64,000 nucleotides of DNA from Cypionkella sp. (GCF_028290025.1 NZ_JAQGKQ010000055.1:1092-65091); one strand, 5' to 3'; shown: positions 32,768-43,996, numbered from the stretch's first letter. Program-made: numbers and translations. Notes: generated by a model from the sequence alone, not told the origin.

Positions 32768-33677
32768 GAATGTCACTCTGAAGCAGTTTCGCTACTTTGA
32801 ATCTTTGGCGCAGCATGGTCATTTCGGCCGGGCGGCAGAGAACTGTGCGATCTCACAACCCGCTTTGTCGATGCAAATCAAAGAACTGGAAGCGGCCCTT
32901 GGCACCGAGCTGTTTGAACGCGGCGCGCGGCAGGTGCGGCTGACCAGCTTTGGCGAGGCGTTTGCGCTGCGGGTCCGCGACATTTTGCGCTCGGTGGATG
33001 AACTCGCCGACATCGCGCGGGCGGCGCAGACGCAACTGGTCGGGCGCTTGCGGATCGGGGTGATTCCCACCATCGCACCGTATTTGTTGCCAACAATCAT
33101 CGGCAATCTGATGCGGCTCAACGCCGATCTTGACCTGCAACTGCGCGAAACCATCACGCCAAAGCTGCTCACCGAACTGGCCGAGGGTCGCTTGGATACC
33201 GCTATCGTGGCGCTACCAATTTCAGAGCCTTCACTGACCGAGGTGCCACTGTTCTCGGAAGGTTTCGTGTTGATCCGCCCTGCCGAGGATGAAGGCAAAC
33301 CGGTGCCCAGTCGTGAGAGACTGCGCGAAATGCGGCTGCTGTTGCTAGAGGAAGGCCATTGTTTTCGCGATCAGGCGCTGTCGTTCTGCAACACCTCTGC
33401 CGCTCCGCCGCGAGAGCTTTTGGACGGCAGCTCGCTATCAACGCTGGTGCAAATGGTCAGCGCAGGCATCGGCGTGACGTTGATACCCGAGATGGCGATT
33501 GCCGTTGAAACCCGCGCGACGGCCGTTTCTGTGGCGCGCTTTGGTGACCCTAAGCCGCAACGCTCGGTCGGGATGGTGTGGCGGAAAACCAGCCCGCTTG
33601 CCAAGCAACTGTTGCAAGTCGCAGAATTGGTGCGACACTCGGCCCTGACCCTGCGCGCCCAGCATGCGATGCTGTGA
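32766..33677 (+). CDS. oxyR: hydrogen peroxide-inducible activator
   Basis: LysR HTH, EEGHCFRDQALSFC redox Cys pair; divergent from katG. Confidence 0.93.
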   Translation: MNVTLKQFRYFESLAQHGHFGRAAENCAISQPALSMQIKELEAALGTELFERGARQVRLTSFGEAFALRVRDILRSVDELADIARAAQTQLVGRLRIGVIPTIAPYLLPTIIGNLMRLNADLDLQLRETITPKLLTELAEGRLDTAIVALPISEPSLTEVPLFSEGFVLIRPAEDEGKPVPSRERLREMRLLLLEEGHCFRDQALSFCNTSAAPPRELLDGSSLSTLVQMVSAGIGVTLIPEMAIAVETRATAVSVARFGDPKPQRSVGMVWRKTSPLAKQLLQVAELVRHSALTLRAQHAML

Positions 33678-33679
33678 GG

Positions 33680-33696
33680 TGCTTATTTTTTAGGCG
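33680..33696. promoter_or_regulatory. possible NtrC-type site
   Basis: TGC-TTATTTTTTAG-GCG (TGC-N11-GCA-like with AT-rich core) upstream of the transglutaminase operon. Confidence 0.35.
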
Positions 33697-33808
33697 GCTT
33701 TAACGGAAATACTGATCACTTCGCGTCAAACCGCCCTGAGACGCACAAAAACGATAGAGGAACGCTGCTGGCTGTGAAAAAAAGCAGTCAGCCCTGAAAG
33801 AAGATATC

Positions 33809-36800
33809 ATGTCCATTCTCGCCAGCATCCACCACCTGACGCACTATAAATACGACCGCCCGGTTACGCTTGGTCCGCAGGTGATCCGCCTGCGCCCTGC
33901 GCCGCACAGTCGCACGCGGGTGGTTTCGCATTCGTTAAAGGTGACGCCTGCGAACCATTTTGTGAACTATCAGCAGGATTTGTATGGCAACTGGCTGGCG
34001 CGCTATGTGTTCGATGGCCCGGTAACAGAGCTGAGGATAGAGGTCGATCTGACCGCCGACATGGCCGTCTATAACCCCTTTGACTTTTTCGTTGAGGCCA
34101 GTGCCGAGACCTGGCCGTTCGAATATCCCGATGAGATTGCCGAAGATCTGGTGATCTATCGCAACTGCGATGCCCCCGGCCCGTTGCTGCAAGCGTTCCT
34201 AAATCGTGTGCCGCGCGACCCTCTGCGCACCATCGACTTCATCGTGCGGCTGAACGCCCAGCTTGCCCAAGAAATCGGCTATGTCATCCGCATGGAGCCG
34301 GGGGTGCAGACGCCGGAAGAAACCCTCGGTCTGGCGCTGGGCTCTTGCCGCGACACCTCTTGGTTGCTTGTGCAAGCCCTGCGCCATCTGGGCTTTGCGT
34401 CACGATTTGTGTCCGGCTACCTGATCCAGTTGAAGCCCGATCTGACGGCCGTCGATGGCCCGCAAGGCACCGACAAAGATTTCACCGACCTGCACGCTTG
34501 GTGCGAGGTTTACCTCCCGGGCGCAGGCTGGATTGGCCTTGATCCCACCTCTGGCCTGCTGACGGGGGAAAGCCATATCCCGCTGTCGGCCACCCCGCAT
34601 TATTCCAACGCCGCCCCGATCTCCGGCATGGCGAGCTACGCCGAGGTCGCGTTTGACTTTGACATGAGCGTCACCCGCACCGCCGAGCATCCCCGCATCA
34701 CCATGCCGTTTTCCGAAGCCGCGTGGGACGATCTGAATGCGCTCGGCCACAAGGTCGATGCCGCTTTGGCCGAGGGCGATGTGCGCCTGACGATGGGCGG
34801 CGAGCCTACTTTCGTCTCAATCGACGACTTTGAGGCAGGCGAGTGGAACACCGATGCCGTCGGCCCCACCAAACGGGTCTTTGCCGATGCGCTGATCCGC
34901 CGCCTGCAAGCCAAGTTCGCGCCGGGGGGGTTCCTGCATTACGGTCAAGGCAAATGGTATCCCGGCGAGACCCTGCCGCGCTGGACGTTCAGCCTATACT
35001 GGCGACGCGATGGCAAGCCGATCTGGCACAACCCCGACCTGATCGCACCTGAGATCAGCCATGCCAAGGCGACGCCGGAACAGGCCAGCACTCTGTTGCA
35101 AAACATCGCGGAAACCCTTGGTTTGCCTGCGGAAAATGTGACCCCCGCTTATGAAGACCCTGCCGAATGGATCGTCAAGGAAGGCAATCTGCCGGAAAAT
35201 GTCACCCCGGAAAACTCGCAGCTTAAAGACCCCGAGGAGCGCAACCGCATCGCCCGGGTGTTCTCGCGTGGCCTGACGGAACCCTCAGGTTTTGTGCTTC
35301 CAATACAGCGCTGGCAATCTCGCGCAGCACAGACTTGGATATCCGAGAAATGGGCGCTGCGGCGTGGCCATTTGTTCCTTGTGCCGGGCGATAGCCCTGT
35401 CGGCTACCGCTTGCCACTAGGCTCACTGCCCCATGTTAAAGCCGCTGACTATCCGCATATTTACCCATCCGACCCGTTCGACAATCGCGGCCCGTTGCCC
35501 GATTTCACGCCCGAACCCGCAGCAGAACCCGCGCAACCCATCGCCAGCTTTACCGCATCCGAGGCCACACAAGACCGCCGCGAACAGGTGATTTCCGATC
35601 TCGCCGGCTCCGTTCGCACCGCCATCTCGGTAGAACCCCGCGATGGTCGCCTGTGTGTTTTCATGCCCCCGGTCGAGAAAGTCGAAGATTACCTCGAACT
35701 CGTCGCCGCCGCTGAAACCGCTGCGAAAAACCTTGGCATGCCGGTGCATATCGAAGGCTACGGCCCGCCAAATGACCCACGCCTGAACGTGATCCGCGTC
35801 GCTCCAGATCCGGGTGTGATAGAGGTCAACATTCACCCCTCGCACAACTGGGCTGAAACCGTCCTCACCACGGAAATCGTCTACGAGGAAGCCCGCCAAC
35901 TTCGCCTTGGCGCTGATAAGTTTATGATCGACGGCAAGCATACCGGAACCGGAGGCGGCAACCATGTCGTTGTCGGCGGCGTCACCCCAAGTGACAGCCC
36001 GTTTCTGCGCCGCCCCGATCTGCTCGCCAGCCTGATCCTGCACTGGCAGCGCCATCCGTCGCTGTCCTATATGTTCTCCGGCCTGTTCATCGGCCCAACC
36101 AGCCAAGCCCCCCGCATTGATGAGGCGCGGATGGACGCGCTTTATGAGCTTGAAATCGCCCTCGCCCAAGTCCCATTGCCGGGGCAGGGTGCTGCGCCGC
36201 CGCCGTGGCTGACCGACCGACTTTTCCGCAACCTGTTGGTCGATGTCACAGGCAACACCCACCGCGCCGAGATTTGCATCGACAAGCTTTACTCCCCCGA
36301 CGGCCCGACAGGCCGCTTAGGTCTGGTGGAGTTCCGTGGCTTTGAGATGCCGCCAAACCCCCGTATGAGCCTTGCGCAACAACTGCTGATCCGCGCCCTG
36401 ATTGCCCGGATGTGGGCGAACCCGATCAAAGGCAACCTGACCCGCTGGGGCACCAACCTGTCGGATCGCTTCATGCTGCCGCATTTCGTCTGGGCCGATT
36501 TCCTCGATGTGCTGGCCGACTTGCGCCAACACGGCTTTGATTTCGACCCTGACTGGTTCAAGGCGCAAGCCGAGTTCCGCTTCCCGTTCTGCGGCGAGGC
36601 GACCTTTGAAGGCGTCACTCTGGAAATCCGCCAAGCACTGGAGCCTTGGCATGTGCTGGGCGAAACTGGCGCGATTGGTGGCACCGTGCGCTATACCGAC
36701 AGCTCGGTTGAACGCCTGCAAGCCAAGCTGACCTGCGCCGATCCGGGCCGTTATACCGTCACCTGTAATCAGCGCCAAATGCCGATGCAGACGGTCGGGG

Positions 36801-37126
36801 CAGGCGTTGCCGTCGCTGCCGTTCGCTTCAAAGCGTGGCAGCCCCCCCTCGCTTTGCATCCGGTCCTCCCCGTCAACGCGCCGCTCACCTTCGACGTTTA
36901 CGACACTTGGACGGGTCGCGCTTTGGGTGGCTGCACCTATCACGTCACGCATCCCGGTGGTCGGCATTATGATACGTTCCCGGTGAACAGTAACGAAGCC
37001 GAAGCGCGCAGGCTTGCTCGTTTCGAGCCGCACGGTCATACTGGCGGCTTGTATGAACCAGTTACCGAAACCCCGCACCCCGAGTTCCCGATGACCCTTG
37101 ATATGCGCCGCGCTCCCCGGCACTGA
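33809..37126 (+). CDS. transglutaminase fused to putative amidoligase (DUF2126-type) domain
   Basis: N-terminal HLTHYKY domain; triad GSCRD, DLHAW, LDPT; C-terminal [32 protein letters not shown]. Confidence 0.88.
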   Translation: MSILASIHHLTHYKYDRPVTLGPQVIRLRPAPHSRTRVVSHSLKVTPANHFVNYQQDLYGNWLARYVFDGPVTELRIEVDLTADMAVYNPFDFFVEASAETWPFEYPDEIAEDLVIYRNCDAPGPLLQAFLNRVPRDPLRTIDFIVRLNAQLAQEIGYVIRMEPGVQTPEETLGLALGSCRDTSWLLVQALRHLGFASRFVSGYLIQLKPDLTAVDGPQGTDKDFTDLHAWCEVYLPGAGWIGLDPTSGLLTGESHIPLSATPHYSNAAPISGMASYAEVAFDFDMSVTRTAEHPRITMPFSEAAWDDLNALGHKVDAALAEGDVRLTMGGEPTFVSIDDFEAGEWNTDAVGPTKRVFADALIRRLQAKFAPGGFLHYGQGKWYPGETLPRWTFSLYWRRDGKPIWHNPDLIAPEISHAKATPEQASTLLQNIAETLGLPAENVTPAYEDPAEWIVKEGNLPENVTPENSQLKDPEERNRIARVFSRGLTEPSGFVLPIQRWQSRAAQTWISEKWALRRGHLFLVPGDSPVGYRLPLGSLPHVKAADYPHIYPSDPFDNRGPLPDFTPEPAAEPAQPIASFTASEATQDRREQVISDLAGSVRTAISVEPRDGRLCVFMPPVEKVEDYLELVAAAETAAKNLGMPVHIEGYGPPNDPRLNVIRVAPDPGVIEVNIHPSHNWAETVLTTEIVYEEARQLRLGADKFMIDGKHTGTGGGNHVVVGGVTPSDSPFLRRPDLLASLILHWQRHPSLSYMFSGLFIGPTSQAPRIDEARMDALYELEIALAQVPLPGQGAAPPPWLTDRLFRNLLVDVTGNTHRAEICIDKLYSPDGPTGRLGLVEFRGFEMPPNPRMSLAQQLLIRALIARMWANPIKGNLTRWGTNLSDRFMLPHFVWADFLDVLADLRQHGFDFDPDWFKAQAEFRFPFCGEATFEGVTLEIRQALEPWHVLGETGAIGGTVRYTDSSVERLQAKLTCADPGRYTVTCNQRQMPMQTVGAGVAVAAVRFKAWQPPLALHPVLPVNAPLTFDVYDTWTGRALGGCTYHVTHPGGRHYDTFPVNSNEAEARRLARFEPHGHTGGLYEPVTETPHPEFPMTLDMRRAPRH

Positions 37127-39522
37127 TGGCACGCAAGGCTAAAGCAAAGCCGGTCGATACCCAGCTTTTCGCCCGGTATCGCCCGCTTCCCGGCGTGCCG
37201 GATGAACTGGTGGACGCGCAAGGCGCGATGCGTCCGGTGTGGGCTGGCCTGATCGCGCATATGTCTGGCCTGACCGCAACCGAAGTGCAGGATGCCTTCG
37301 CGCGCGGCGAACAGCATTTGGCAGATACCGGTGTGTTCTTTCGCAAATACGGCGAAAAGTCGGGCGTCGGGCGTGATTGGCCATTCTCGGCGGTGCCGAT
37401 CATCCTGCCAGAGGCCGATTGGCACGGAATTGAGGCGGGGCTGATCCAGCGCGCCGATCTGATGGAACTGATTGCGGCCGATCTATACGGTGAAAACCGT
37501 CTGGTGGCGGAAGGTCATCTGCCCGCCAGCCTGATCGCGCAAAACCCAGAATGGCTGCGACCTATGGTTGGGGTGAAGCCGCGCTCGGGGCATTTCCTGC
37601 ATTTCATGGCATTTGAGATTGGTCGCGGACCGGATGGCAGCTGGTGGGTGTTGGCGGATCGCACCGATGCGCCCTCAGGCGCTGGCTTTGCGCTGGAAAA
37701 CCGCGTCGCCGCCAGCCGGGTGTTTCCTGACTTATACCGCACCACCAACGTGCATCGCCTCGCGGGGTTCTTCCGATCCTTCCGCGATGCGCTGGAAAAG
37801 CTGCGCAGCGATCCGTCGTCTCGGGTCGGCATCCTGACCCCCGGCCCGCTGACCGACACCTACTACGAGCAAGCTTACATCGCCCGCTATCTGGGTATGG
37901 CGCTGCTGGAAGGCGAAGACCTCACCGTTGAAAACGGCCACCTGTTTGTCCGCACGGTGGAGGGGCTTGCTCCGGTTGACGTGCTGTGGCGGCGGATGGA
38001 TGGGCTCTGGGCCGACCCGTTAGAGTTGCGCGAAGACAGTCAGCTTGGCACTCCGGGCCTGATGTCTGCGGTACGGCAAGGTCATGTTACCATGGTCAAC
38101 GCGCTCGGCGTCGGTGTGCTGGAAACGCAGGCTTTGATGGCGTTCCTGCCGAAAATCGCGCAGGTTCTGACCGGAAAACGCCTGCAAATCCCCAATGTTG
38201 CAACGTGGTGGTGTGGTCAGGCAAAAGAGCTCGCGCATGTGCGCGCCAATGCAGATCGTATGTTGATCGGGCCTGCCATGGCGACCCGCATCGCTTTTGA
38301 ATCGACGGCTCCTCATGCCGTTGGCGGTCAGATGCGCGACGCCGAGGATGACGCCGATCTGCACGATTGGTTGACTGACAATGCGGGCGGGCTGGTCGGC
38401 AAAGAACTGGTGACGCTGTCCACCACGCCGTTCTATGAAAACGGTGCGCTGGTGCCGCGCCCAATGTCGCTGCGGGTGTTTTTGGCGCGCACCCCGACAG
38501 GCTGGCAAGTGATGCCCGGTGGTTTCGCCCGTATTGGCGCAGGCACCGACACCACGGCGATGTCAATGCGCAACGGCGGTTCGGTCGCCGATGTCTGGGT
38601 GGTCAGCGATAGCCCGGTTGAGCCTGTCACGCTGCGCGCCCCGCCAACTGCTCCGTTCGTGCGCGCCCAGCCCGGCCCATTGCCCAGCCGTGCCGCTGAC
38701 AATTTGTTCTGGTTGGGCCGCTACGTTGAACGCACCGAGGGCCTGCTGCGGCTGGTCCGCGCCTACAATATCAGGGTGAATGAGGCTGGCAACGCGCCGC
38801 TGCTTGCCACCATCCGCGCCCGCCTGAAATCCTATTCCGTTGACGCGACCGAGGCTTTTCCGGCAGGCGTCCTCAGCACCCTCAGCTCCGCCGTCTACAG
38901 CGCCAGCCAAATCCGCGACCGTTTCAGCGTTGATGGCTGGTCCGCCCTGCAAGACATGGAGAAATCCATGACCCGCATCGCCAAGACCGCCGAAGCAGGT
39001 GGCGACGCGGCGCAGGTGATGAGCGTGATGTTGCGCAAAATCGCGGGCTTCTCCGGCTTGGTGCATGAAAACATGTATCGCGCAACGGGTTGGCAGTTTC
39101 TGTCGATGGGTCGTTCGCTGGAACGCGCCGCGATGATGGCAAACCTTCTGGCTGCGGTGGCTGGACTAACCTCGCCAACCGGCGGCCTCGATATGGCGAT
39201 TGAAGTGGGCGACAGCATCATGGTCCACCGTCAGCGCTACGCAGTGTTCACCAGCCGAGAAAGCGTTATCGACCTGCTGGGCCTCGACGAATCCAATCCG
39301 CGCTCTGTCCGGTTCCATCTCGACGTGATCGCCAAATGCGCGACCGAACTGTCCAGCACCGGCCCGCATGGTCAGATGACCGAGTTTGAACGTAAGGTGC
39401 GGATGCTGCAAACTTCAGTCATTGTCCACACGGTTGAGACGTTTGACACCGACGCGCTGTTGAAAGCACGCGACCAGATCTATGATCTCTCAACGGCGCT
39501 TGGCGCGGCGTTTATGCATTAA
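37126..39522 (+). CDS. circularly permuted type 2 ATP-grasp protein fused to alpha-E domain
   Basis: APSGAGFALENR, VMPGGFAR, DVWV; alpha-E motifs WLGRYVER, GRSLER, SNPRSV; TGATG coupling. Confidence 0.88.
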   Translation: MARKAKAKPVDTQLFARYRPLPGVPDELVDAQGAMRPVWAGLIAHMSGLTATEVQDAFARGEQHLADTGVFFRKYGEKSGVGRDWPFSAVPIILPEADWHGIEAGLIQRADLMELIAADLYGENRLVAEGHLPASLIAQNPEWLRPMVGVKPRSGHFLHFMAFEIGRGPDGSWWVLADRTDAPSGAGFALENRVAASRVFPDLYRTTNVHRLAGFFRSFRDALEKLRSDPSSRVGILTPGPLTDTYYEQAYIARYLGMALLEGEDLTVENGHLFVRTVEGLAPVDVLWRRMDGLWADPLELREDSQLGTPGLMSAVRQGHVTMVNALGVGVLETQALMAFLPKIAQVLTGKRLQIPNVATWWCGQAKELAHVRANADRMLIGPAMATRIAFESTAPHAVGGQMRDAEDDADLHDWLTDNAGGLVGKELVTLSTTPFYENGALVPRPMSLRVFLARTPTGWQVMPGGFARIGAGTDTTAMSMRNGGSVADVWVVSDSPVEPVTLRAPPTAPFVRAQPGPLPSRAADNLFWLGRYVERTEGLLRLVRAYNIRVNEAGNAPLLATIRARLKSYSVDATEAFPAGVLSTLSSAVYSASQIRDRFSVDGWSALQDMEKSMTRIAKTAEAGGDAAQVMSVMLRKIAGFSGLVHENMYRATGWQFLSMGRSLERAAMMANLLAAVAGLTSPTGGLDMAIEVGDSIMVHRQRYAVFTSRESVIDLLGLDESNPRSVRFHLDVIAKCATELSSTGPHGQMTEFERKVRMLQTSVIVHTVETFDTDALLKARDQIYDLSTALGAAFMH

Positions 39523-39533
39523 GGGGTTTCGCG

Positions 39534-40412
39534 GTGATCTATGACATCAAGCTGCAAATCACCTATCAATATACCAACCCTGCGGTGGGAGGGCGGCATG
39601 TTGTCTGTGCGATGCCGATTGATGGCCGTGGTCAGCGCGTAATGGCGAGCCTGCTGGATATCGCGCCCCGCCCCGAGGAGCGTCTTGATCGGCAGGATTT
39701 CTTCGGCAACCGCATCAGCGAATTCAGCTTTCGCGGTCCGCATACGTCGGTCGGCTTCACCCTGAAAGCCCGCATCGAACGTTTTGCGGCGGCGCCTTTG
39801 CCGCTGAATACGATCGCTTTGACGGCGATGCCCGCCGCACTCGCCGCCAGCCGCGATCTTGGGCCAGAGTCTCCGTTGCATTTCCTGTCACCTTCAACCC
39901 GTGTCCCACGCGATCCTGCGATGACCGCCTTTGCCCAAGGCGCGCTTCATGCCGATATCTCTGTGGCCGAGGCCGTTGTCGCCATCGGCAGCGCGCTTTA
40001 TCGACACATGCGGTTCGATCCAAAAGCCACAACGGTGGACACCCCCGCAACCGAGGCTTTCACCAAGCGCCACGGCGTTTGTCAGGATTTTTCGCACATT
40101 ATGATCGCCTGCCTGCGCGGCATTGGCATCCCTTCGGGCTATGTCAGCGGTTTTCTGCGCACCCTGCCGCCGCCCGGTAAGCCTCGGCTTGAGGGTGCCG
40201 ACGCCATGCATGCTTGGGTGCGTGCATGGTGTGGCCCCTACGCCGGGTGGATCGAGTTTGATCCGACCAACGACAAACTCGCCAGCGAAGATCACATCGT
40301 TGTCGCGCGCGGTCGCGACTATGGCGATGTCTCTCCGATCAGAGGTTCCATGCGAATATCGGGCGGCCAGAATAGCAAACAAGCCGTCGATGTGATCCCG
40401 CTCGCTGTCTGA
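39534..40412 (+). CDS. transglutaminase family protein
   Basis: GVCQDF, MHAWV, FDPTN, GRDYGDVSP. Confidence 0.92.
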   Translation: MIYDIKLQITYQYTNPAVGGRHVVCAMPIDGRGQRVMASLLDIAPRPEERLDRQDFFGNRISEFSFRGPHTSVGFTLKARIERFAAAPLPLNTIALTAMPAALAASRDLGPESPLHFLSPSTRVPRDPAMTAFAQGALHADISVAEAVVAIGSALYRHMRFDPKATTVDTPATEAFTKRHGVCQDFSHIMIACLRGIGIPSGYVSGFLRTLPPPGKPRLEGADAMHAWVRAWCGPYAGWIEFDPTNDKLASEDHIVVARGRDYGDVSPIRGSMRISGGQNSKQAVDVIPLAV

Positions 40413-40451
40413 ATTGAACAGCGCGCCGATCAGACGCGCTGCCCATCGTGC

Positions 40452-41408
40452 TTACGCCGTCTGGCCGCGAGTCTTGTACAAGCTGACCAGTACACCCGCC
40501 GCCAAGATCGCGAACGTCACGCCTAGCGACCAGCTTGGTGGAAACTTCTCCAGCCCCATCCAGTCGGCCACGAACACCTTCGAGCCGATGAACACCAGCA
40601 ACAACGACAGCGCATATTTTAGATAGGCGAAGCGGTGCAAGATCGCCGACAATGCGAAATACAGCGCCCGTAGACCCAAAATTGCGAAGATGTTCGACGT
40701 ATAAACGATAAACGGATCAGTGGTGATCGCGAACACCGCAGGCACCGAATCCACCGCGAACACCAGATCGGCAATCTCAATCAGCACCAGCGCCAGAAAC
40801 AGCGGCGTCACATAGCGCAGACCATCGCGTTTGACGAAGAACGAATTGCCCTCAAGCTGTTCCGTCACCCGCATCCGCCGCTTTAAAAACCGCAACACCG
40901 GGCCATCGACCGAGTGATTGCTCTCATCGGTGAACAGCATCTTGATGCCGGTAAAAATCAGGAACGCGGCGAACACATACAAAAGCCACGCATATTCGGC
41001 GACCAAAGTAGCACCCAGACCAATCATAATACCGCGCAGCACGATCACGCCCAGAATGCCCCAGAACAGCACCCTATGCTGATACATCCTCGGAATGGCA
41101 AAACTGCTGAAAATAAGCGCGATAACAAACACGTTGTCCATCGCCAGCGTCTTTTCCACCACGAATGCCGTCAGATATTGCGCGGTGGCCTCAGACCCCA
41201 TCTGCCAATACACAAAGCCTGAAAATGCCAGGCCCAAAGTGATATAGACCGCCGACAACCGCAGGCTTTTTGACACGCCGATCTCTTGATCGCCGTTGTT
41301 CACCAGCCCCAGATCGGCGGCGAGCAGCACCAGAACGATGCCGATAAAGGTCAGCCACATCCACAGCGGCGTGCCCAAAAATATTGTAGTTAGAGTGTCC
41401 ATAGCCAT
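40452..41408 (-). CDS. TerC/Alx family membrane protein
   Basis: EKTLAMDNVFV, QHRVLFWG, DLVFAVDSVPA, SNIFAILGLR. Confidence 0.93.
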   Translation of the reverse strand: MAMDTLTTIFLGTPLWMWLTFIGIVLVLLAADLGLVNNGDQEIGVSKSLRLSAVYITLGLAFSGFVYWQMGSEATAQYLTAFVVEKTLAMDNVFVIALIFSSFAIPRMYQHRVLFWGILGVIVLRGIMIGLGATLVAEYAWLLYVFAAFLIFTGIKMLFTDESNHSVDGPVLRFLKRRMRVTEQLEGNSFFVKRDGLRYVTPLFLALVLIEIADLVFAVDSVPAVFAITTDPFIVYTSNIFAILGLRALYFALSAILHRFAYLKYALSLLLVFIGSKVFVADWMGLEKFPPSWSLGVTFAILAAGVLVSLYKTRGQTA

Positions 41409-41463
41409 CCTCTGTTTTACACAGCGCCAGAGCTCAGCCGAATACGCTTTGAACCGAAGTTCC

Positions 41464-41535
41464 ACCGGGCATGACATCGAGCGCACTCGATGCGGTCCGA
41501 CATCACGATCGCGACGATCGTCAGAGGGGCCCGGC
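41464..41535 (-). ncRNA. structured cis-regulatory leader upstream of terC (terC RNA motif-like)
   Basis: three-way junction: GCCGGGC/GCCCGGU, UCUGAC/GUCGGA with inner GAUCG hairpin, GCAUCGAG/CUCGAUGU. Confidence 0.6.
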
Positions 41536-41680
41536 CCGCAATCCAGATTTGGGGCGGCATTTGCGCCGTTCAACCCCCGCCGCGAAAATATCACGCGCGC
41601 GTGAAGCAACCGAAGGCTACGCCCCGTACAGCGCCGCACCCCAAATTTTCCGACGCGTTATGTCGCGACGTCAATATCAC

Positions 41681-41705
41681 GGAACCGCCACAATCTAAGC
41701 GCGTT
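41681..41705 (+). promoter_or_regulatory. EcfG/RpoE2 (general stress) type promoter
   Basis: GGAAC-N16-CGTT upstream of PRC-barrel gene. Confidence 0.5.
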
Positions 41706-41885
41706 TGAAAGCTGAAAGCGCTGCCTGCATGTCAACCGGGCGCAATGGTACGAAGAACGAGGTGGTTTTCCCGGTTTCTCACCTTGGCCAACGCATCGGC
41801 AGGCGAGCTTCTGTCCCATTTGCTGGCGGCGTTTTCACCCATCTGTCGCCGCTAAGGCGGCTGACCCGCAACCTTGGAGATACAC

Positions 41886-42182
41886 ATGGACCACAGCAGA
41901 CATACTGCTCTTGATCGCAGCGAAATCAACAACACCACCTTAGAAGGTGCCCCGATTTACGGCGTGGATGACAGCAAAATCGGCACGATTTCCCATGTCC
42001 ACGGTGCTGGTGCAGTGACCCAAGTGGTGATTGATGTCGGCGGGTTCTTGGGCATCGGCTCTAAACCAGTGCTTGTCAGCGTTGATCAGTTGAACCTGAT
42101 GCGCGACGAAGATGGAGAGGTTCACGGCGTCACTTCTTGGACCAAAGAACAGCTCGAAGAATTGCCCGAACATCATCACTGA
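41886..42182 (+). CDS. PRC-barrel domain protein
   Basis: LEGAPIY...KIGTI...VIDVGGFLGIG; GGAGA RBS. Confidence 0.88.
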   Translation: MDHSRHTALDRSEINNTTLEGAPIYGVDDSKIGTISHVHGAGAVTQVVIDVGGFLGIGSKPVLVSVDQLNLMRDEDGEVHGVTSWTKEQLEELPEHHH

Positions 42183-42308
42183 CCGCCAAACGTTCACATA
42201 ACAATCGATCACATAAATCGCGTCCGGGCTCGTCATTGGCGAGCCCGTTCGCGTTAATCACCAAAATTGTCATAATTCCGAGTTCGTTTGGGCAGGCTTG
42301 CAAAGCTG

Positions 42309-42923
42309 TCACGGTCTTACGAACACTTTCGGGAAAAACGCCGCAGCGCAGGCAAGCAAAGTCTCCAGAGCTTCATGCACACTGTAGGGCTCGGCTTGCG
42401 TCACCAGATCCATCCACAGCCCCTCGCTCGCCACCCTGATCGCCCGTGCCACACGCTCTGCATTGCCCGATGGCCCGAGCAAAGCCGCGCAAAGTCCCTC
42501 CAGCTTGGTGACGTATTCCGCATTGTTAGAGCCGCATTTCTCTTGATAAAGCGGCCTACTCTGCGCCTCACCCCAAAACGCACACCATGCTGCCAACCGT
42601 TGCGGCGTGCAAAGTTCAGGGGTGAAATCTGCGCGGATCAGCGCATCCAGCTGCGCCGCAGGCTCAGGCGCTGCCGCTGCCAGTGCGTTTTGCCAGTTTT
42701 GCACATATTCTTCGGCCAGATAGGTCAGCGTCTCGGCCAGCAACAATTCTTTCGATTGGAAGTGAAAATTGACCAAGCCGTGCGACAGCCCCGCCTGATT
42801 GGCGACATCGCTCATTGTGGCGCGCGCATAGCCTTTGATCGCCAGTACTTCGATTGTGGCCTCGATCAACTGCTCGCGTCGGGCCTCCCGAGACAATTTG
42901 CGAGGTGGTTTTGCGGGGGTCAT
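42309..42923 (-). CDS. TetR-family regulator (BetI-like)
   Basis: RREQLIEAT...AGLSHGLVNFHFQSKE. Confidence 0.88.
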   Translation of the reverse strand: MTPAKPPRKLSREARREQLIEATIEVLAIKGYARATMSDVANQAGLSHGLVNFHFQSKELLLAETLTYLAEEYVQNWQNALAAAAPEPAAQLDALIRADFTPELCTPQRLAAWCAFWGEAQSRPLYQEKCGSNNAEYVTKLEGLCAALLGPSGNAERVARAIRVASEGLWMDLVTQAEPYSVHEALETLLACAAAFFPKVFVRP

Positions 42924-42961
42924 TGAGCGGTCTTTCGTTGCTATATATTGTCAAAAGATGC

Positions 42962-43033
42962 TTAATTCTTCCATAATGAAAAACATTAAATACTTACAAA
43001 ACAACGGGTTAGCAAGATGCCCGCATGTGGACA
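42962..43033 (-). promoter_or_regulatory. palindrome-IHF-CtrA composite element, copy D (degenerate)
   Basis: TGCCCGC-AT-GTGGACA 43018-43033; AAACAACGGGTTA 42999-43011; TTAA-N7-ATAA 42962-42976. Confidence 0.55.
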
Positions 43034-43864
43034 CTATCCCAACAGCGCCTTCAATCCGTCCTGATAGGTCGGATAGTGAAGCTTCACCCCTAAATCGCGC
43101 TTAATCCGATTATTGCTGACCCGTTTCGACTCAGAATAGAAACTGACCTGCATCGGCGACATTTCAGCCTGCTCGAACAGCACCGTAGGCGGCTCCGGTA
43201 GCCCCAACAACGCCGCAGCATAACTCAGCACATCCTCGGGCGGCGCAGGATTATCATCACATACATTATAGATCGCGCCAGCCTCAGGAGTGTTGATTGA
43301 CGCCAGCAAAGTTGCCGCGATATCGGCAACATGAATGCGACTGAAAACTTGGTTCGCCTTGATGATCCGCCGCGCCGACCCGTCGCGCACCTTCTCAAAC
43401 GGCCCGCGTCCCGGTCCGTATATACCAGCCAAGCGGAACACCTGCACAGGCAACCCCGTAGCCAGCCACTGCCGTTCCGCAAGCACCCGCTGCACCGCTC
43501 GCGCCGACTGCGGATTGACCGGAGTATCCTCATCCACCCAACCGCCCTGATGATCGCCGTACACAGCGGTGGTAGAAAGGTAGCCCACCCATTCAGGTCG
43601 CCCTGCGATGATCTGATCGCGCGCGGCATGTAAGAAAGGATCACCCGACCCGTCCGGCGCGGCCGAGGCTAGCACATGCGTGGCGACGTCAAGCGCAGTC
43701 TTGATATCGCACGGCCACAACAGCGGCTCCACCCCTTCAGCCCGCAGATCAGCGATCCGGTCGGGAGAACGCGTGGTGCCGATCACCCGCCAACCCTGCG
43801 GAATCAACAGCGCCGCCAACGCCGCCGCAGAATAGCCATGACCAAGAGACAGCAAGGTTTTCAT
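43034..43864 (-). CDS. atypical SDR / NAD-dependent epimerase
   Basis: LGHGYSA, YLSTTAVYGD, FRLAGIYGPGR, RIHVADIA. Confidence 0.88.
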   Translation of the reverse strand: MKTLLSLGHGYSAAALAALLIPQGWRVIGTTRSPDRIADLRAEGVEPLLWPCDIKTALDVATHVLASAAPDGSGDPFLHAARDQIIAGRPEWVGYLSTTAVYGDHQGGWVDEDTPVNPQSARAVQRVLAERQWLATGLPVQVFRLAGIYGPGRGPFEKVRDGSARRIIKANQVFSRIHVADIAATLLASINTPEAGAIYNVCDDNPAPPEDVLSYAAALLGLPEPPTVLFEQAEMSPMQVSFYSESKRVSNNRIKRDLGVKLHYPTYQDGLKALLG

Positions 43865-43996
43865 CGCGCCTTTATTCCCGCGCTCCCGTTGCTTCGCAAG
43901 ACCCAACCTAGCAGCAGCACGCCGTCATTAAGACTTCACTTGCGAAACCGGCCGCTTCGGCCTTAGATGCCCGATCGAAATGAAGAAGATGACGCC

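Noticed and set aside
33768-33787. Sigma-54 promoter before the transglutaminase operon
   Set aside because: GG-to-GC spacing is 12 rather than the required 10.
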